The notes under the pieces: model-generated
Told to the model about the DNA's origin: nothing
The model's database searches: none
What the model saw: the letters and a program-made list of their open reading frames with translations, nothing else
Position numbers and translations under genes: made by a program
Part shown: positions 1 through 9,439 of the stretch, in pieces
Position numbering within the stretch: position 1 is the first letter of the stretch
Layout: every line of letters starts with the position of its first letter
Assembly: GCA_001797465.1 (NCBI GenBank)
Contig: MGPQ01000005.1
Span: 95,032-159,031 of the forward strand
DNA length: 64,000 nucleotides
Direction of reading: 5' to 3'
From: Deltaproteobacteria bacterium GWB2_55_19
Lineage (GTDB): Bacteria; Desulfobacterota; GWC2-55-46

Positions 1-450
1 GTCGATCATCATATAGATGTACCTCGGCATAAAAAGCAGGGTCTTGTCAGGATACGGGAAAATAAGGACCCGCATGACCTTCGGCGGGATGATCACCGGG
101 GTCACAGGGGCTTCCAGAAGGCCGGAAAGCTCCTTTTGCAGGTTGTCTCTGTAAACATCCTTCGCACTCGCAGCCGGGATGTTTTTCCTGGCGCCGGTCT
201 TTTCCACCCCGCTGTCCTTTCCGCCATCCTTTTTCTCATCTCTCTTTTCTTCATTCTTCTCTTTCTTGCTTTTCCCGCCGGCATCGACGTCAACGGTATC
301 TTTTTTCGATTCGTCGTACGCCGCCTTTACCGTGGCGCACTTCCCCTTATCCGGCGACTTGCACTGGAACTCGGTCTTATACGGCATCAGGGTGCCGCAA
401 CCGGACAGAAATACTGACAAAACGAATATCAATCCTGCTTTTCTGAACAT
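1..450 (-). CDS. traV: TraV-like conjugative outer-membrane lipoprotein (first 150 aa; gene continues past the window start)
   Basis: The minus frame is open from the ATG at 450 to base 1, with no TTA/CTA/TCA triplets in that frame. Translation starts MFRKAGLIFVLSVFLSGCGT, a lipoprotein signal with an LSGC lipobox. The visible tail ..RVLIFPYPDKTLLFMPRYIYMMID resembles the conserved TraV C-terminal motif. It follows TraB as in F-type gene order. It is absent from the supplied ORF table because it has no in-window stop. Confidence 0.5.
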   Translation of the reverse strand, partial: MFRKAGLIFVLSVFLSGCGTLMPYKTEFQCKSPDKGKCATVKAAYDESKKDTVDVDAGGKSKKEKNEEKRDEKKDGGKDSGVEKTGARKNIPAASAKDVYRDNLQKELSGLLEAPVTPVIIPPKVMRVLIFPYPDKTLLFMPRYIYMMID

Positions 451-1718
451 TTTTTATCAAGCCCTCCCACGCAGTAGTCTTTGATTTCCAGTTCAACGCC
501 CTGCTCAATCACCACGGTCACCGATTTGGCCGAGCCGACCTCCACTATCGGGAAGGTCTGTTTGGCCATCTCGAGATAAAATTTCTGGAGTTCGCCGAAC
601 CCCTTGGAAAGTCCGCCCCCTACCCCGGCCTGCATTATCTGGTTCGAATCGATAGTTTGAGTCGTGCCGAGGCTGGAGATAGAATTCGTTGTGGAGGCCG
701 CCTTGAAGGCATCGCCCACGCCCCCGAAGAACCCGGCCAGCACGGACCTTCCGAGCAGAGCCCCCATCTTTGTCACAACGTCACCGGCAAGGCCGATTTT
801 GCCGTCAGAGTCCACTACAAACCCCTTGATCGGGGCATCTATCACGGACTCGCCGTTCTTGCTTATGCAGCTTAAGTTGACGAGCCTTGCGTGCGCCCTC
901 TCGTCAGAGAGGTCCCCGTAGGCCGAGGCCATGATAAAGCACCCTTTGAGATCGGTCTTTATCTCGTTCGGCAGTACCGCTATGTCCTTTACCCTCAAAA
1001 GCAGTGGTTTTTCATAGGTCTTCGCCGACTGCATCGTAGCGGCGCTGAACCCGGTCAACAAAGAAGCCTCCATGAAGGATGGCGGCAGATAGACCGTCCG
1101 TTTCGCTAATTTTTTCAGCTGATCCTTCTGTACAGCAGCCCCGTCCTTTCCATCTTTTTTGGTCCCGACCGTAGTTTCTATCCCGCCGACCGGCTGTGGC
1201 TTCTCTTCGCGAGGCGCGGACTGCCCCCAGGACCCTCCAACCGGCGGAGATAAAAGAGGCGGATACCTGGACGGCTGCCCACCGGGGAGCTGCTGCCCTT
1301 GAGGTTGCTGTACCTGATACTGTTGCCCGGCTCCGGATGCGGGATAAGGTTCGTTACGGACTATCTTTTCAGTATTGCCTTGTCCGGATGACTGCTCCTT
1401 CCATTGCTGGAATTTAACCCTCTCGTCCTCATCGACTTTCTTTTTAAGCTCTTCCACCGTAGCCCTAACCGCGTTCAGCTCCGCATCCTTCTTCTCAAGC
1501 TCCAGCTTGATATTGTCGCTGTAAGCCCTTTCCAGCAGTCCGGGATCAAGACTTATCTTTTTCTTCTGCTCAACCCCCGTCTTCATCGGGATACCGCCAT
1601 CCCTGAATTTATAGCCCATGAAAAGAAGACCGCCGCCAAGGATGATGATAATAGCGATCACAAAGAGCTTTTTCTGCTTAGGCGTAAGCTCGTTGAAAAA
1701 CTTTTTTATGGATCCCAT
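429..1718 (-). CDS. traB: TraB/VirB10-like T4SS inner-membrane protein
   Basis: A 429-aa protein with an N-terminal TM segment, a coiled-coil and a Pro/Gln-rich linker, then a C-terminal beta-rich domain. It sits between TraK-like and TraV-like genes, as in the F-type tra order. Confidence 0.55.
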   Translation of the reverse strand: MGSIKKFFNELTPKQKKLFVIAIIIILGGGLLFMGYKFRDGGIPMKTGVEQKKKISLDPGLLERAYSDNIKLELEKKDAELNAVRATVEELKKKVDEDERVKFQQWKEQSSGQGNTEKIVRNEPYPASGAGQQYQVQQPQGQQLPGGQPSRYPPLLSPPVGGSWGQSAPREEKPQPVGGIETTVGTKKDGKDGAAVQKDQLKKLAKRTVYLPPSFMEASLLTGFSAATMQSAKTYEKPLLLRVKDIAVLPNEIKTDLKGCFIMASAYGDLSDERAHARLVNLSCISKNGESVIDAPIKGFVVDSDGKIGLAGDVVTKMGALLGRSVLAGFFGGVGDAFKAASTTNSISSLGTTQTIDSNQIMQAGVGGGLSKGFGELQKFYLEMAKQTFPIVEVGSAKSVTVVIEQGVELEIKDYCVGGLDKKCSEKQD

Positions 1719-1731
1719 CCGGAAGTCCTCC

Positions 1732-2499
1732 TTACCGCAGACCCGGGGCCTGGTCGATCACGAAAAGACGGTATTCAAAGTCACGTTTCATGACGGTCGA
1801 ATCCAGGGCGATGGCAGCCGGTCTCTCGGCCAGAAGCATGAAATCGACCTCGCGGACCTCGATATCATCGCCCGGAACCACCCTGTATTCCTTCAAAACA
1901 AACCCTTCGGTCCTTACAACCCTCCTCAGACGCAATTCCATCGAAGAGAACCGTATTTCAGGGATGGAAGCATCGCCCTGCACCTCCTCAATGGAAAAGG
2001 TATCCGTCGAAAGCTCGTCCATATAGGCCATCTTGAGGAACTTCAATACCTTTTCCTCGTAAACAAGCCCCTTGAACACGGCGGCGTTCCCCTTGACCCT
2101 GGTGTTCTTCCGGTCGGCCAGTCTGACCGTAACGGACGGCGTTTTCACAGGAGCCGCTATAAGGCTGTAGACCGATTCCTCGCAGCTTATATACATCTCC
2201 GACGGCGCTTCGTCATAGACCAGCTTGTCTTCCTTCTGGAACACTTGGAACTTGACATAGACGTCGCTTCCGGAGGCCTTCACGATAAGCCCCTTCTCCT
2301 TCGAATAGACGACATCCTTTATCTCCCCTCCTTCGCAAACGACCCTATTGACATCGGTCGCGCTAAGCTCGACGCGGACCAGCGAATCCGGCGGTATCGT
2401 CAAAGACCCGTAAGCGCTCGGCGGGAAGAGCGGCGACATGGCCGCAAGCAGGTAAAAAAAACTCTTTTTCAAGGCCAATCCCTTCCTATTTTTCGACAT
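1732..2499 (-). CDS. traK: TraK-like (VirB9-like) T4SS protein with signal peptide
   Basis: A 255-aa protein with signal peptide MSPLFPPSAYG. Its size and position (after TraE, before TraB) match F TraK. Confidence 0.5.
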   Translation of the reverse strand: MSKNRKGLALKKSFFYLLAAMSPLFPPSAYGSLTIPPDSLVRVELSATDVNRVVCEGGEIKDVVYSKEKGLIVKASGSDVYVKFQVFQKEDKLVYDEAPSEMYISCEESVYSLIAAPVKTPSVTVRLADRKNTRVKGNAAVFKGLVYEEKVLKFLKMAYMDELSTDTFSIEEVQGDASIPEIRFSSMELRLRRVVRTEGFVLKEYRVVPGDDIEVREVDFMLLAERPAAIALDSTVMKRDFEYRLFVIDQAPGLR

Positions 2500-3055
2500 C
2501 CTTTACCTCCGTTATGTAAAACCTGCCGTTCTCGAAAATGACCGTCATAAAGAACGAACTCGTCTTCTCATCCAGCTTCTGCCCCTTGCTGTAGAGGCTC
2601 CTTACTCCCTTGGCCTCTATTTCAAGGATATTACGCGCCTTATTCAAATACTCGATCCCGCTTAAGGTGAAGACGCTGATGACATTCGATATCTCGACCT
2701 TGCTCGCGAGATCATAAAGGGCTGTTTTGCCTTCGTCGTATGAGGCAGGATGATACAGGGACAGAAGCTCCGCGTACTGATTACGCACGGTGGCAGGGCT
2801 GTAGGTCAGATAGAGACCCATCGCATACCTCGTCATCATCTTCAGGTAAGCATCATCACCTCCTCCGGTCCAAACGGAGACTTTCTCATCGAGACCTCCA
2901 GGCGGTATCACCACTATGCGTTGCTCGTTGAGGAATTTGTACGTATAATAGCTATTGACCACCACGGCCAGCGCTATGACGATGACCGCGAACCTGTACA
3001 TCTGGTTCTTAAGCTGGAGATTAGAGGTTTTCTGAACGAAAAGGTCTAACTTCAT
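2486..3055 (-). CDS. traE: TraE-like (VirB8-like) T4SS protein
   Basis: At 189 aa it matches F TraE (188 aa). It has a single N-terminal TM and a LNEQRIVV motif resembling LQNEQRTAV of F TraE. It directly follows the TraL-like gene. Confidence 0.5.
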   Translation of the reverse strand: MKLDLFVQKTSNLQLKNQMYRFAVIVIALAVVVNSYYTYKFLNEQRIVVIPPGGLDEKVSVWTGGGDDAYLKMMTRYAMGLYLTYSPATVRNQYAELLSLYHPASYDEGKTALYDLASKVEISNVISVFTLSGIEYLNKARNILEIEAKGVRSLYSKGQKLDEKTSSFFMTVIFENGRFYITEVKDVEK

Positions 3056-3079
3056 GGATTTCCGGTTCCTCCATCCTTC

Positions 3080-3343
3080 TTATTCGATAAAGTCCTTCAT
3101 AAAAAACTCGGGGTAACCCTTCAACGTCTTGATGCCGGAAAAATAAGAAAGATGCTTGAAAAACCCCCGGCTATGCTTTTTTTTGAATTTTGAATAGATA
3201 TACGGGAGCACAAAACCTATTATGATGAAATAATAACCCCCGAATATCAGCCACAGGCCAAGGCCAAACATGACTATCAGGAATTCATCGCTCTCCCACC
3301 ACAATACCTGGAGCGGTTTATGTAAATAACGAGGTATTTTCAT
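3080..3343 (-). CDS. traL: TraL-like (VirB3-like) small T4SS membrane protein
   Basis: An 87-aa protein. The segment PRYLHKPLQVLWWESDEFLIVMFGLGLWLIFG matches the TraL-family signature (W.P.E.. followed by a TM helix). Confidence 0.55.
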   Translation of the reverse strand: MKIPRYLHKPLQVLWWESDEFLIVMFGLGLWLIFGGYYFIIIGFVLPYIYSKFKKKHSRGFFKHLSYFSGIKTLKGYPEFFMKDFIE

Positions 3344-3435
3344 TCGTTTAAATTTAAAAAATGATTCAATAAAAGCATTATAAAAGTGGGGCGGTTTTTG
3401 GCCGGAACCGCCCCAAAACCGGGGAATGACCCGCG

Positions 3436-3759
3436 TTAGACCAGCATACCGAGTGTCTGGGTGATGGCGGTCGCCTTGAGTATTACGACCCCACCCAGGA
3501 CCGCCGGAATGCCAAGGGGATAATCCCCCTGGGCTGTCACAACGCCGCCGTACGCCACAGCTGCCGCTCCGCCAACGAAGCCTATCGGACCGTTCATGAT
3601 GCTGTCAAAAGCAGTGTAGACGTCAAAAGCGAAGCTGCCGGCCACTGGTGTCGTTATGGCCGACGCGTCATTCGCGAGCATCACGACAAGGCCGAATACC
3701 ATAAAGCCTACGGCCAGCTTCGTGAAGCTCTTTGTGTCCTTGAAGAGTTTCTTAAACAT
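3436..3759 (-). CDS. pilin-like small hydrophobic protein (TraA/TrbC-like propilin candidate)
   Basis: A 107-aa protein with a leader and two hydrophobic, Gly/Ala-rich helices. It sits immediately upstream of the TraL-like gene, as traA does in F. Confidence 0.4.
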   Translation of the reverse strand: MFKKLFKDTKSFTKLAVGFMVFGLVVMLANDASAITTPVAGSFAFDVYTAFDSIMNGPIGFVGGAAAVAYGGVVTAQGDYPLGIPAVLGGVVILKATAITQTLGMLV

Positions 3760-3766
3760 TAAAAAA

Positions 3767-4417
3767 TCACCTCCTTTCCTTGTTTAGTATTACCTCCACT
3801 CTGCGATTTCTCCCGTTCTCCCTATCAGAGTCCGCATAACAGCACTTGCCTTTCCCGGTTACGTTCATCCGGGCTGCATCCAGACCCAACTTAAGGAAAG
3901 CCTGATATACGGACTGGGCTCTACGCAGAGCGAGCCGGTAATTGTAATCCTCGTCACCGATGGAACAGGTATAGCCTGTAATGTCATACCTTGCGTCAGG
4001 GACGATTACATTCTTGAGTTTTTCAAGCTCCGATTTCTTTAAAAAAGCGCTGTCAAAGTCGAAAAAGACCGTCTCTTGTCCTACCTTGACAGGTTCCGGC
4101 TTTTTATCGACCTGCCCATCCTTTTCCTTCCCGTCCTTCTGCTCGACGGATGCGTCATCAAAAACCGGAACACGGACCTTGATTATGTTCTCCGCATAAT
4201 CCGTCGGCACGACCGTAAGCTTCTTCAACGGACTGCAACCATCGCAGACCACATGTGCCGGTTTGGACTCCCATACCGCAACTGGGCTGTCAAAAGATAA
4301 AACCGCCTGCCTGAGTTCGACAGCGCCAGCCTCGGCCCCAGCCATCGCATAAACGGCGAGGATTCCCAGAATCAAATAATGCCCGCCTGTAGACCTGCCG
4401 AGTTTTATTCCGTTCAT
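3767..4417 (-). CDS. OmpA-family peptidoglycan-binding protein
   Basis: The C-terminal region FDFDSAFL...YNYRLALRRAQSV...RRVEV matches the OmpA-like domain. An N-terminal signal peptide is present. Confidence 0.6.
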   Translation of the reverse strand: MNGIKLGRSTGGHYLILGILAVYAMAGAEAGAVELRQAVLSFDSPVAVWESKPAHVVCDGCSPLKKLTVVPTDYAENIIKVRVPVFDDASVEQKDGKEKDGQVDKKPEPVKVGQETVFFDFDSAFLKKSELEKLKNVIVPDARYDITGYTCSIGDEDYNYRLALRRAQSVYQAFLKLGLDAARMNVTGKGKCCYADSDRENGRNRRVEVILNKERR

Positions 4418-4563
4418 CCAACAAACTCCTTACGGTAATTCACAACAATTTTTATTGACTTGCCTGGGCCGCCAGGCAAGTAGGAATTCTTGCCACACCT
4501 GTGTATTACCGATCCGTCAGTATATTTTATGGTCCTCAAAGCCTGCACCAGTAACAGAAATGA

Positions 4564-5115
4564 TTATGGCCGCCCATCCCTGCCGCTACCGTCTTTACTA
4601 TTCATTGCATCTATTACCTTTTTCACATAACTACGCGTCCTTGCACCGTCGGCCCGTCCGGTGTTGTAGCATCCGACGGCCTCCCAAGCATAACCGTACC
4701 TTGAGAAGCACCGGCTCAGTATCCAGGCGCCGACCGTCACGTTGTAGCAAGGGTCGTGAATATAGGCCCACCGCTCCCCGAGTTCCCTCGCCCACCTTGA
4801 ATTGACCTGCATAAGCCCGTAGTCCATGGTACCGTTCTTATTGCGGTTAACGGCGGCAGGGTTATGATTCGATTCGACCCGCGCGATGGACCTCAATAAA
4901 TCAGCCGGGATGTTGTAGTAAAGTCCAGCCTGGTCGAAGCAGAATGCAGACGAGACGCCTGGCAACATGGACGCGGAAAGGAAAAATGCCGCGAAAAAAA
5001 CCTTTTTCAAATAAGCCTCCAGCTTTTTCGAGGAATCACCGGACTTGCTGCAACTATCCCGTCCGCCAGAACGAGTTAGTCGCAGGATAATTAATACCGC
5101 GGTCCGCCATCTCAC
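4564..5115 (-). CDS. lytic transglycosylase (SLT domain; F orf169/P19-like)
   Basis: The motif ARVESNHNPAAVNRNKNGTMDYGLMQVNSRW (E-S ... GLMQ) is the SLT signature. There is a signal peptide. The position before the pilin gene matches F-like plasmids. Confidence 0.7.
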   Translation of the reverse strand: MRWRTAVLIILRLTRSGGRDSCSKSGDSSKKLEAYLKKVFFAAFFLSASMLPGVSSAFCFDQAGLYYNIPADLLRSIARVESNHNPAAVNRNKNGTMDYGLMQVNSRWARELGERWAYIHDPCYNVTVGAWILSRCFSRYGYAWEAVGCYNTGRADGARTRSYVKKVIDAMNSKDGSGRDGRP

Positions 5116-5879
5116 TTAAGCAGTGCGTCTATTTTTCCCTTGAATACGCTATAAGGCACAGCACCCTGTATGACCTCGCCGGACACCTTGCCGGACGCAT
5201 CCAGTTTGCCAAGAATAAACGTAGGAGTCCCATTGACCCCGAGCTCTCTGCCGTCATTGATGTCCTTAGTAACGGCATCCTCGTATTTTTTTCCCTCCAT
5301 GCACTTGTTGAAGGACGTGGCATTAAGCCCGGTCTTTTTGACAAGCCCGTCCACATCCCCGATGGTCTGCTGGTTCAAGAACAGGGCCTCGTGCATCTCC
5401 CAGTACTTGCCCTGCTCCCCCGCACAACCCGCAGCCAGGGACGCCTTCATGGCGTTCTGGTGAAAAGGTAGAGGGAAATCCCTGTACACGAACCTGAGCC
5501 TACCGGTATCTATGTACTCCTTCTTGAGCTGCTTGAAGGTGTCAATATGAAAACGGGCGCAAAACGAGCACTCGTAATCCGAGAACTCGACAAGCACAAG
5601 TTCACCTTTACCCATAGAAGGACTGTCTTTTATGGAAACAGTGCCCTGCTGCGGCGCCTCCGCCCTCTGGGGAGGGACCGCCTGCGCTTGGGCTTCTCCC
5701 CGGTCATTCCTTACGATAGCCGGCAGGATCGAGATCAGCACGCGCTTTATCTCATCCATGTCCTTCTTAAGGATATCGATCTCCGTCTTCATCGCCTCGA
5801 TATCCCCGCCTGCCGCATGTACCCTCAAAGGTGCGAACAGGGAAAGTGCAAGGACCAACGCCAACATGACTTTTTTCAT
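5112..5879 (-). CDS. DsbA-like thiol:disulfide oxidoreductase
   Basis: A signal peptide and a thioredoxin-fold CxxC motif (SDYECSFCARFH) are present. Confidence 0.6.
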   Translation of the reverse strand: MKKVMLALVLALSLFAPLRVHAAGGDIEAMKTEIDILKKDMDEIKRVLISILPAIVRNDRGEAQAQAVPPQRAEAPQQGTVSIKDSPSMGKGELVLVEFSDYECSFCARFHIDTFKQLKKEYIDTGRLRFVYRDFPLPFHQNAMKASLAAGCAGEQGKYWEMHEALFLNQQTIGDVDGLVKKTGLNATSFNKCMEGKKYEDAVTKDINDGRELGVNGTPTFILGKLDASGKVSGEVIQGAVPYSVFKGKIDALLK

Positions 5880-5900
5880 CTTTGTCTCCTCCGTTTGTTG

Positions 5901-6650
5901 TTATGACAGCTTTTTGACTTCCCCCTGCATCCTCAGGGAAACCTCTTCTATGGTATTACCGCAAAATCTGCAAATTCTGGCCTTCCTCTTTATTCGCTCG
6001 GCGCAGAGAGGACAGTCCCTCATGATCGTGTCATCCAAGGAAGGGTCGGCCTGCAGGAGATCCCTCTTCCTGTTGCCCTCCACAAATTCCTTCTGAGCCT
6101 TGACTATGGCATCCTTGAGCTCTTTAGGCTGCATCACGAAGGTTATGGTGGTATCCCCGTCCTTAGCTGCGGTCTGTATCTCCACATTCCCGTAACCGAG
6201 CAAGAGGCCCGCAAACGGTTGTTTGTATGAAACGTTATTGATTCTGTCGAGAGGACTGTCCTTGGTGCTCCTGGTAAAAATACCCCACTCGTCCACCACC
6301 CTCGTATTGGTGACAGCCCAGATATCGACCTCCCTTTCAAAATATTCGTAAAAGAAATAACCTATGGCTATTAAAGTCCCTGCCAGGCCCACGTCCTTGA
6401 AACTCGCCAGAGCCGGGTACTTGAAGGCGGCGATAATCACCCCTATGAAAATGAAAATTAGAAAAAACGGCTTGGTAAGCGTTATCCAGTGCTTTTTCAC
6501 CAGGAGTATCACTTTTTCATCCTTGCCGAGCTGAGTGCGCATCTTCATCACCTCCGTAAGCTTTATATGTGTCCATGGACTCAAAACATATGTCTTATCC
6601 GTATAAAATGGTATCCTGCACCTGTAAGGACGGTTCAGAAACACTTTCAT
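5901..6650 (-). CDS. bPH_2 (YdbS/YdbT-like) membrane protein with C-terminal zinc ribbon
   Basis: Two TM helices are followed by a PH-like region, and the C-terminus carries CPLC...CRFC. Confidence 0.35.
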   Translation of the reverse strand: MKVFLNRPYRCRIPFYTDKTYVLSPWTHIKLTEVMKMRTQLGKDEKVILLVKKHWITLTKPFFLIFIFIGVIIAAFKYPALASFKDVGLAGTLIAIGYFFYEYFEREVDIWAVTNTRVVDEWGIFTRSTKDSPLDRINNVSYKQPFAGLLLGYGNVEIQTAAKDGDTTITFVMQPKELKDAIVKAQKEFVEGNRKRDLLQADPSLDDTIMRDCPLCAERIKRKARICRFCGNTIEEVSLRMQGEVKKLS

Positions 6651-6733
6651 ATTTACTTATTACTTTTTCTCAAAGAAAAAATTGCTTCGGGCTTATAGAA
6701 ATGACCTGGTTAATTTCCAAAAGCAGCAAGGTC

Positions 6734-6760
6734 TTGACAACCAGTTGAAGTTGTTATAAT
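6734..6760 (+). promoter_or_regulatory. sigma70-type promoter (TTGACA / 15-nt spacer / TATAAT) upstream of the riboswitch
   Basis: Both hexamers are exact matches to consensus. The spacer is slightly short at 15 nt. Confidence 0.4.
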
Positions 6761-6767
6761 CTCGTTT

Positions 6768-7035
6768 TAAATTATGGGTGGCCCGAGAGGGCCTTAAAAG
6801 GGAAGTACGGTGTAAAACCGTCGCGGACCCGCCGCTGTAACCGGGGATGAAAGCCGCAAAATGCCACTGTCTGTAAGGACGGGAAGGCGCGGCAAGTAGG
6901 ATGAACCGGGAGCCAGAAGACCTACCCTAATGTCATAATTTGTCTGCCTTCGTGGTTGGAGGCTAGGCTTATTTTCGAGGATGAAAAACGGCATCCCCGG
7001 ACCTATTGTCATGAGGTCCGGGGATTTTTTTATTT
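6768..7035 (+). promoter_or_regulatory. cobalamin (B12) riboswitch with intrinsic terminator expression platform
   Basis: Conserved cobalamin-riboswitch blocks are present: AAAAGGGAAGTACGGTG, CGGACCCGCCGCTGTAACCGG, the GCCACTG..GGGAAGG core, and a B12-box-like AGCCAGAAGACCTACC. The hairpin CCCCGGACC..GGTCCGGGG (6995-7023) is followed by a T-run. Confidence 0.8.
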
Positions 7036-7173
7036 CGAAGACTGAAAGGAGGTACGATCGAAACATTCAAAAAGAAATACGATGGGTATTCAGGATCTAT
7101 TGCGTGGCCGCTATACTGGGATGTTACATGTGAGCAATGTTAAATACGCTTAAAAAAGAAAGGAGGTAGTAAC

Positions 7174-7830
7174 ATGCATATCGAACCTGGATTTGTCTCA
7201 GCGGCAAAGGTGATGGGCGCGAACGCGGCAGTTGTTGGTCTTTTGATTTTCTATCTGAAGAGGTTGATCAGGCATCCGCTGGACATCTTCAAGGTCTTAT
7301 TGGCGGCTGTTTTCTTTTCGGTTTTCATGCAGAGCTTCCACATGAGCGTCGGACCGTCGGAACTGCACTTTATCGGAGCCATGTCGATATATCTGACCCT
7401 CGGTTTCATTCCGACGATGTTTGGGTTTGCCGTTGGTCTCCTATTGCAGGGACTCCTGTTTGAGCCGATGGACCTGCCACATCTCGCGGTGAATTCCTTG
7501 TCGCTAATAGTGCCGCTCATTACCGTTCACTATGTCGCAGGCAGAAAGCTTTTCGTCAAAGGCCTCAGGCAAAGGGTGTCATGGTCAACCATCTTGAAGC
7601 TTGACGGCATCTATTATGTGGGGGTCACATCAATGGTCGGTTTCTGGCTGCTCATCGGGGAAGTTGAGACGCCTTTTTCAGCCTGGATGGCCTTTGCAAG
7701 CTCGTATCTGGCGGTTGTGGCGGTAGAACCCTTTATCACTCTTTTGACTGTTAAAACACTAAAGAGATATGAGAACTCGCCTGCCGTAAAGAGGCTCTTC
7801 GTTGTTGATAAATTAAGTCTTGAGGCATAA
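7174..7830 (+). CDS. CbiM/NikM-like ECF-type S-component membrane protein (cobalt or corrinoid uptake candidate)
   Basis: A 218-aa multi-TM protein with the N-terminus MHIEPGF (Met-His start as in CbiM/NikM). It lies directly downstream of the B12 riboswitch. Confidence 0.5.
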   Translation: MHIEPGFVSAAKVMGANAAVVGLLIFYLKRLIRHPLDIFKVLLAAVFFSVFMQSFHMSVGPSELHFIGAMSIYLTLGFIPTMFGFAVGLLLQGLLFEPMDLPHLAVNSLSLIVPLITVHYVAGRKLFVKGLRQRVSWSTILKLDGIYYVGVTSMVGFWLLIGEVETPFSAWMAFASSYLAVVAVEPFITLLTVKTLKRYENSPAVKRLFVVDKLSLEA

Positions 7831-7854
7831 AGAGTTTCAGTGGGTCTTTATTGT

Positions 7855-7895
7855 GCGGTCCCACAGTAAATAAAGGGGTTACGAGGCTTCTCGTA
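7855..7895. terminator. bidirectional intrinsic terminator
   Basis: The hairpin AAAGGGGTTACGAGGCTTCTCGTAGCCCCTTTTC has an A-run before and a T-run after. It lies between convergent genes. Confidence 0.5.
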
Positions 7896-7962
7896 GCCCC
7901 TTTTCAATGGAAAACATCTTCGTTGAGAGGCTCTGGAAGACCCCATCGTAAATACCTCGCGT

Positions 7963-9411
7963 TCACATGTATTTCACTTCCCTGATGGTCGACAGATACC
8001 CTGTCTTACGCGCCTCGAGTTCCTGAAGGTTGAAATGCTCTCCCTTCATAGGGGTAAGGACGAACCTCTTTTTGCCCGCCGCCGCGACTATCTCAAATTT
8101 CCTCGCATAGTAGTTCTGTTGCAGTATGTCCGGGATATACCCCGTCTGCCGGAGTATCCCGGTCATACGGCGGAGCGCGACCTCCTTCTCGGATTCGTAT
8201 ATGACGACGAGATCGAGGGCCTTGGCCTCCCTGCACAACAGCTTCGCCTGTTCGTAAAGGAACCCTGGATTGCAGTAGACGAGCCCGCCGAAGGAGAACG
8301 ACTGCCATCTACCGTCCCTCAGGACGTTTATATTAGGCTCTAGGAGCTTCACAAGCCTTACGGGGTCCAGCCACTTTTCCATAGGCATGACGGACAACGC
8401 TCCGGCGAATTTCAAAAGCTCGAATTCACGGGCGCTCCTGTCGGCCTCCTTGAGCAGCACGGTAAACGGGTTAGTGCTTGGTATATGATGGTCCTTTACC
8501 GCCTTTATCACGTCATCAAACCACGATATCTGCGCATCCCCTGCGAGTTCCTTGAGCCTGGAGGCGCTTACGAAAGGGTGTTCATGGGTGTTATAGGCGC
8601 CGGAAGCCCAATACTCGGGTATCTTTCCCAGATCGTGCGCCAGCGCGGCGATCACGGCCCTGGGAATGTGGTTCTCGAAATCCGCATAAGTCTTCTCCAG
8701 AAGGCCGAATATCCGGTTCACAACTCCCGCAGTATGCTCCTTAAGAGAGACCCGGGAAAGGTTGTCCCTGACGCTATAGAGCTCCACGGCTTCCGAATCG
8801 TTCAATTTCGTCACCAACGAGGAGCAATGGCCGAAACGGTCAATCTCATGGATAAGCGCCTTTAAAAGGCCATCCGCCTTCTGAGCGGCGAATAAGCCCT
8901 CATAGGGTTTGAGCCTTTCGATAAGCCCAATGAGGGCCCCCTCCGAGAGCGGAGGAGCCTTGATAGCAACCGAGGAAGGAACCGCAGGAACAGGGGTTGA
9001 GGCTGGAGGTGAAACCATGACTTGAGCCGGTGTAGAGGCCTGTGCCTGAGAAGCCTTTTCCGTCGTCCCCTTTGCAGAAGAATTTTCACCAGCTTTCTTT
9101 TCCTCAACGGACCCGGTATCGCATTTATTCTTATAAAGCGACTCTACGCCCTCCGGGATATCGTTTATGGCTGTAACTTCATCGTTATATTTAAGCCACA
9201 CGCTGGCAAGCTCCGGAAGAGAAACATCTATCACGGGCTTTGGATTTTCACGGGCAGAGGAGAAGAAAGAAACAATGGCGAGGACGATAAGTAATATGCC
9301 TGCGGCGATCAAGAGTATCGGCACGGTTTCCATAGCGATCATTTGTAAACTACCATCCTTTAAAATTCGTATTTTTTGAAGAAGCGTTAGAATTATCGAC
9401 ATGCACAGCAC
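7963..9411 (-). CDS. membrane-anchored HD-domain phosphohydrolase
   Basis: An N-terminal TM is followed by a Ser/Thr/Pro-rich linker, then an HD motif (ALAHDLGKIPE ... HEHPF). Confidence 0.45.
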   Translation of the reverse strand: MLCMSIILTLLQKIRILKDGSLQMIAMETVPILLIAAGILLIVLAIVSFFSSARENPKPVIDVSLPELASVWLKYNDEVTAINDIPEGVESLYKNKCDTGSVEEKKAGENSSAKGTTEKASQAQASTPAQVMVSPPASTPVPAVPSSVAIKAPPLSEGALIGLIERLKPYEGLFAAQKADGLLKALIHEIDRFGHCSSLVTKLNDSEAVELYSVRDNLSRVSLKEHTAGVVNRIFGLLEKTYADFENHIPRAVIAALAHDLGKIPEYWASGAYNTHEHPFVSASRLKELAGDAQISWFDDVIKAVKDHHIPSTNPFTVLLKEADRSAREFELLKFAGALSVMPMEKWLDPVRLVKLLEPNINVLRDGRWQSFSFGGLVYCNPGFLYEQAKLLCREAKALDLVVIYESEKEVALRRMTGILRQTGYIPDILQQNYYARKFEIVAAAGKKRFVLTPMKGEHFNLQELEARKTGYLSTIREVKYM

Positions 9412-9439
9412 AAAATAGATTTTGGAGGATCTTTTTCAA

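Noticed and set aside
102-484. Table ORFs 102..293(-), 136..417(+), 179..484(+)
   Set aside because: All overlap the open minus-strand TraV-like frame (450 to 1), which has a lipoprotein signal and a family-like C-terminal motif. The K/R-rich and low-complexity translations look like out-of-frame artefacts.
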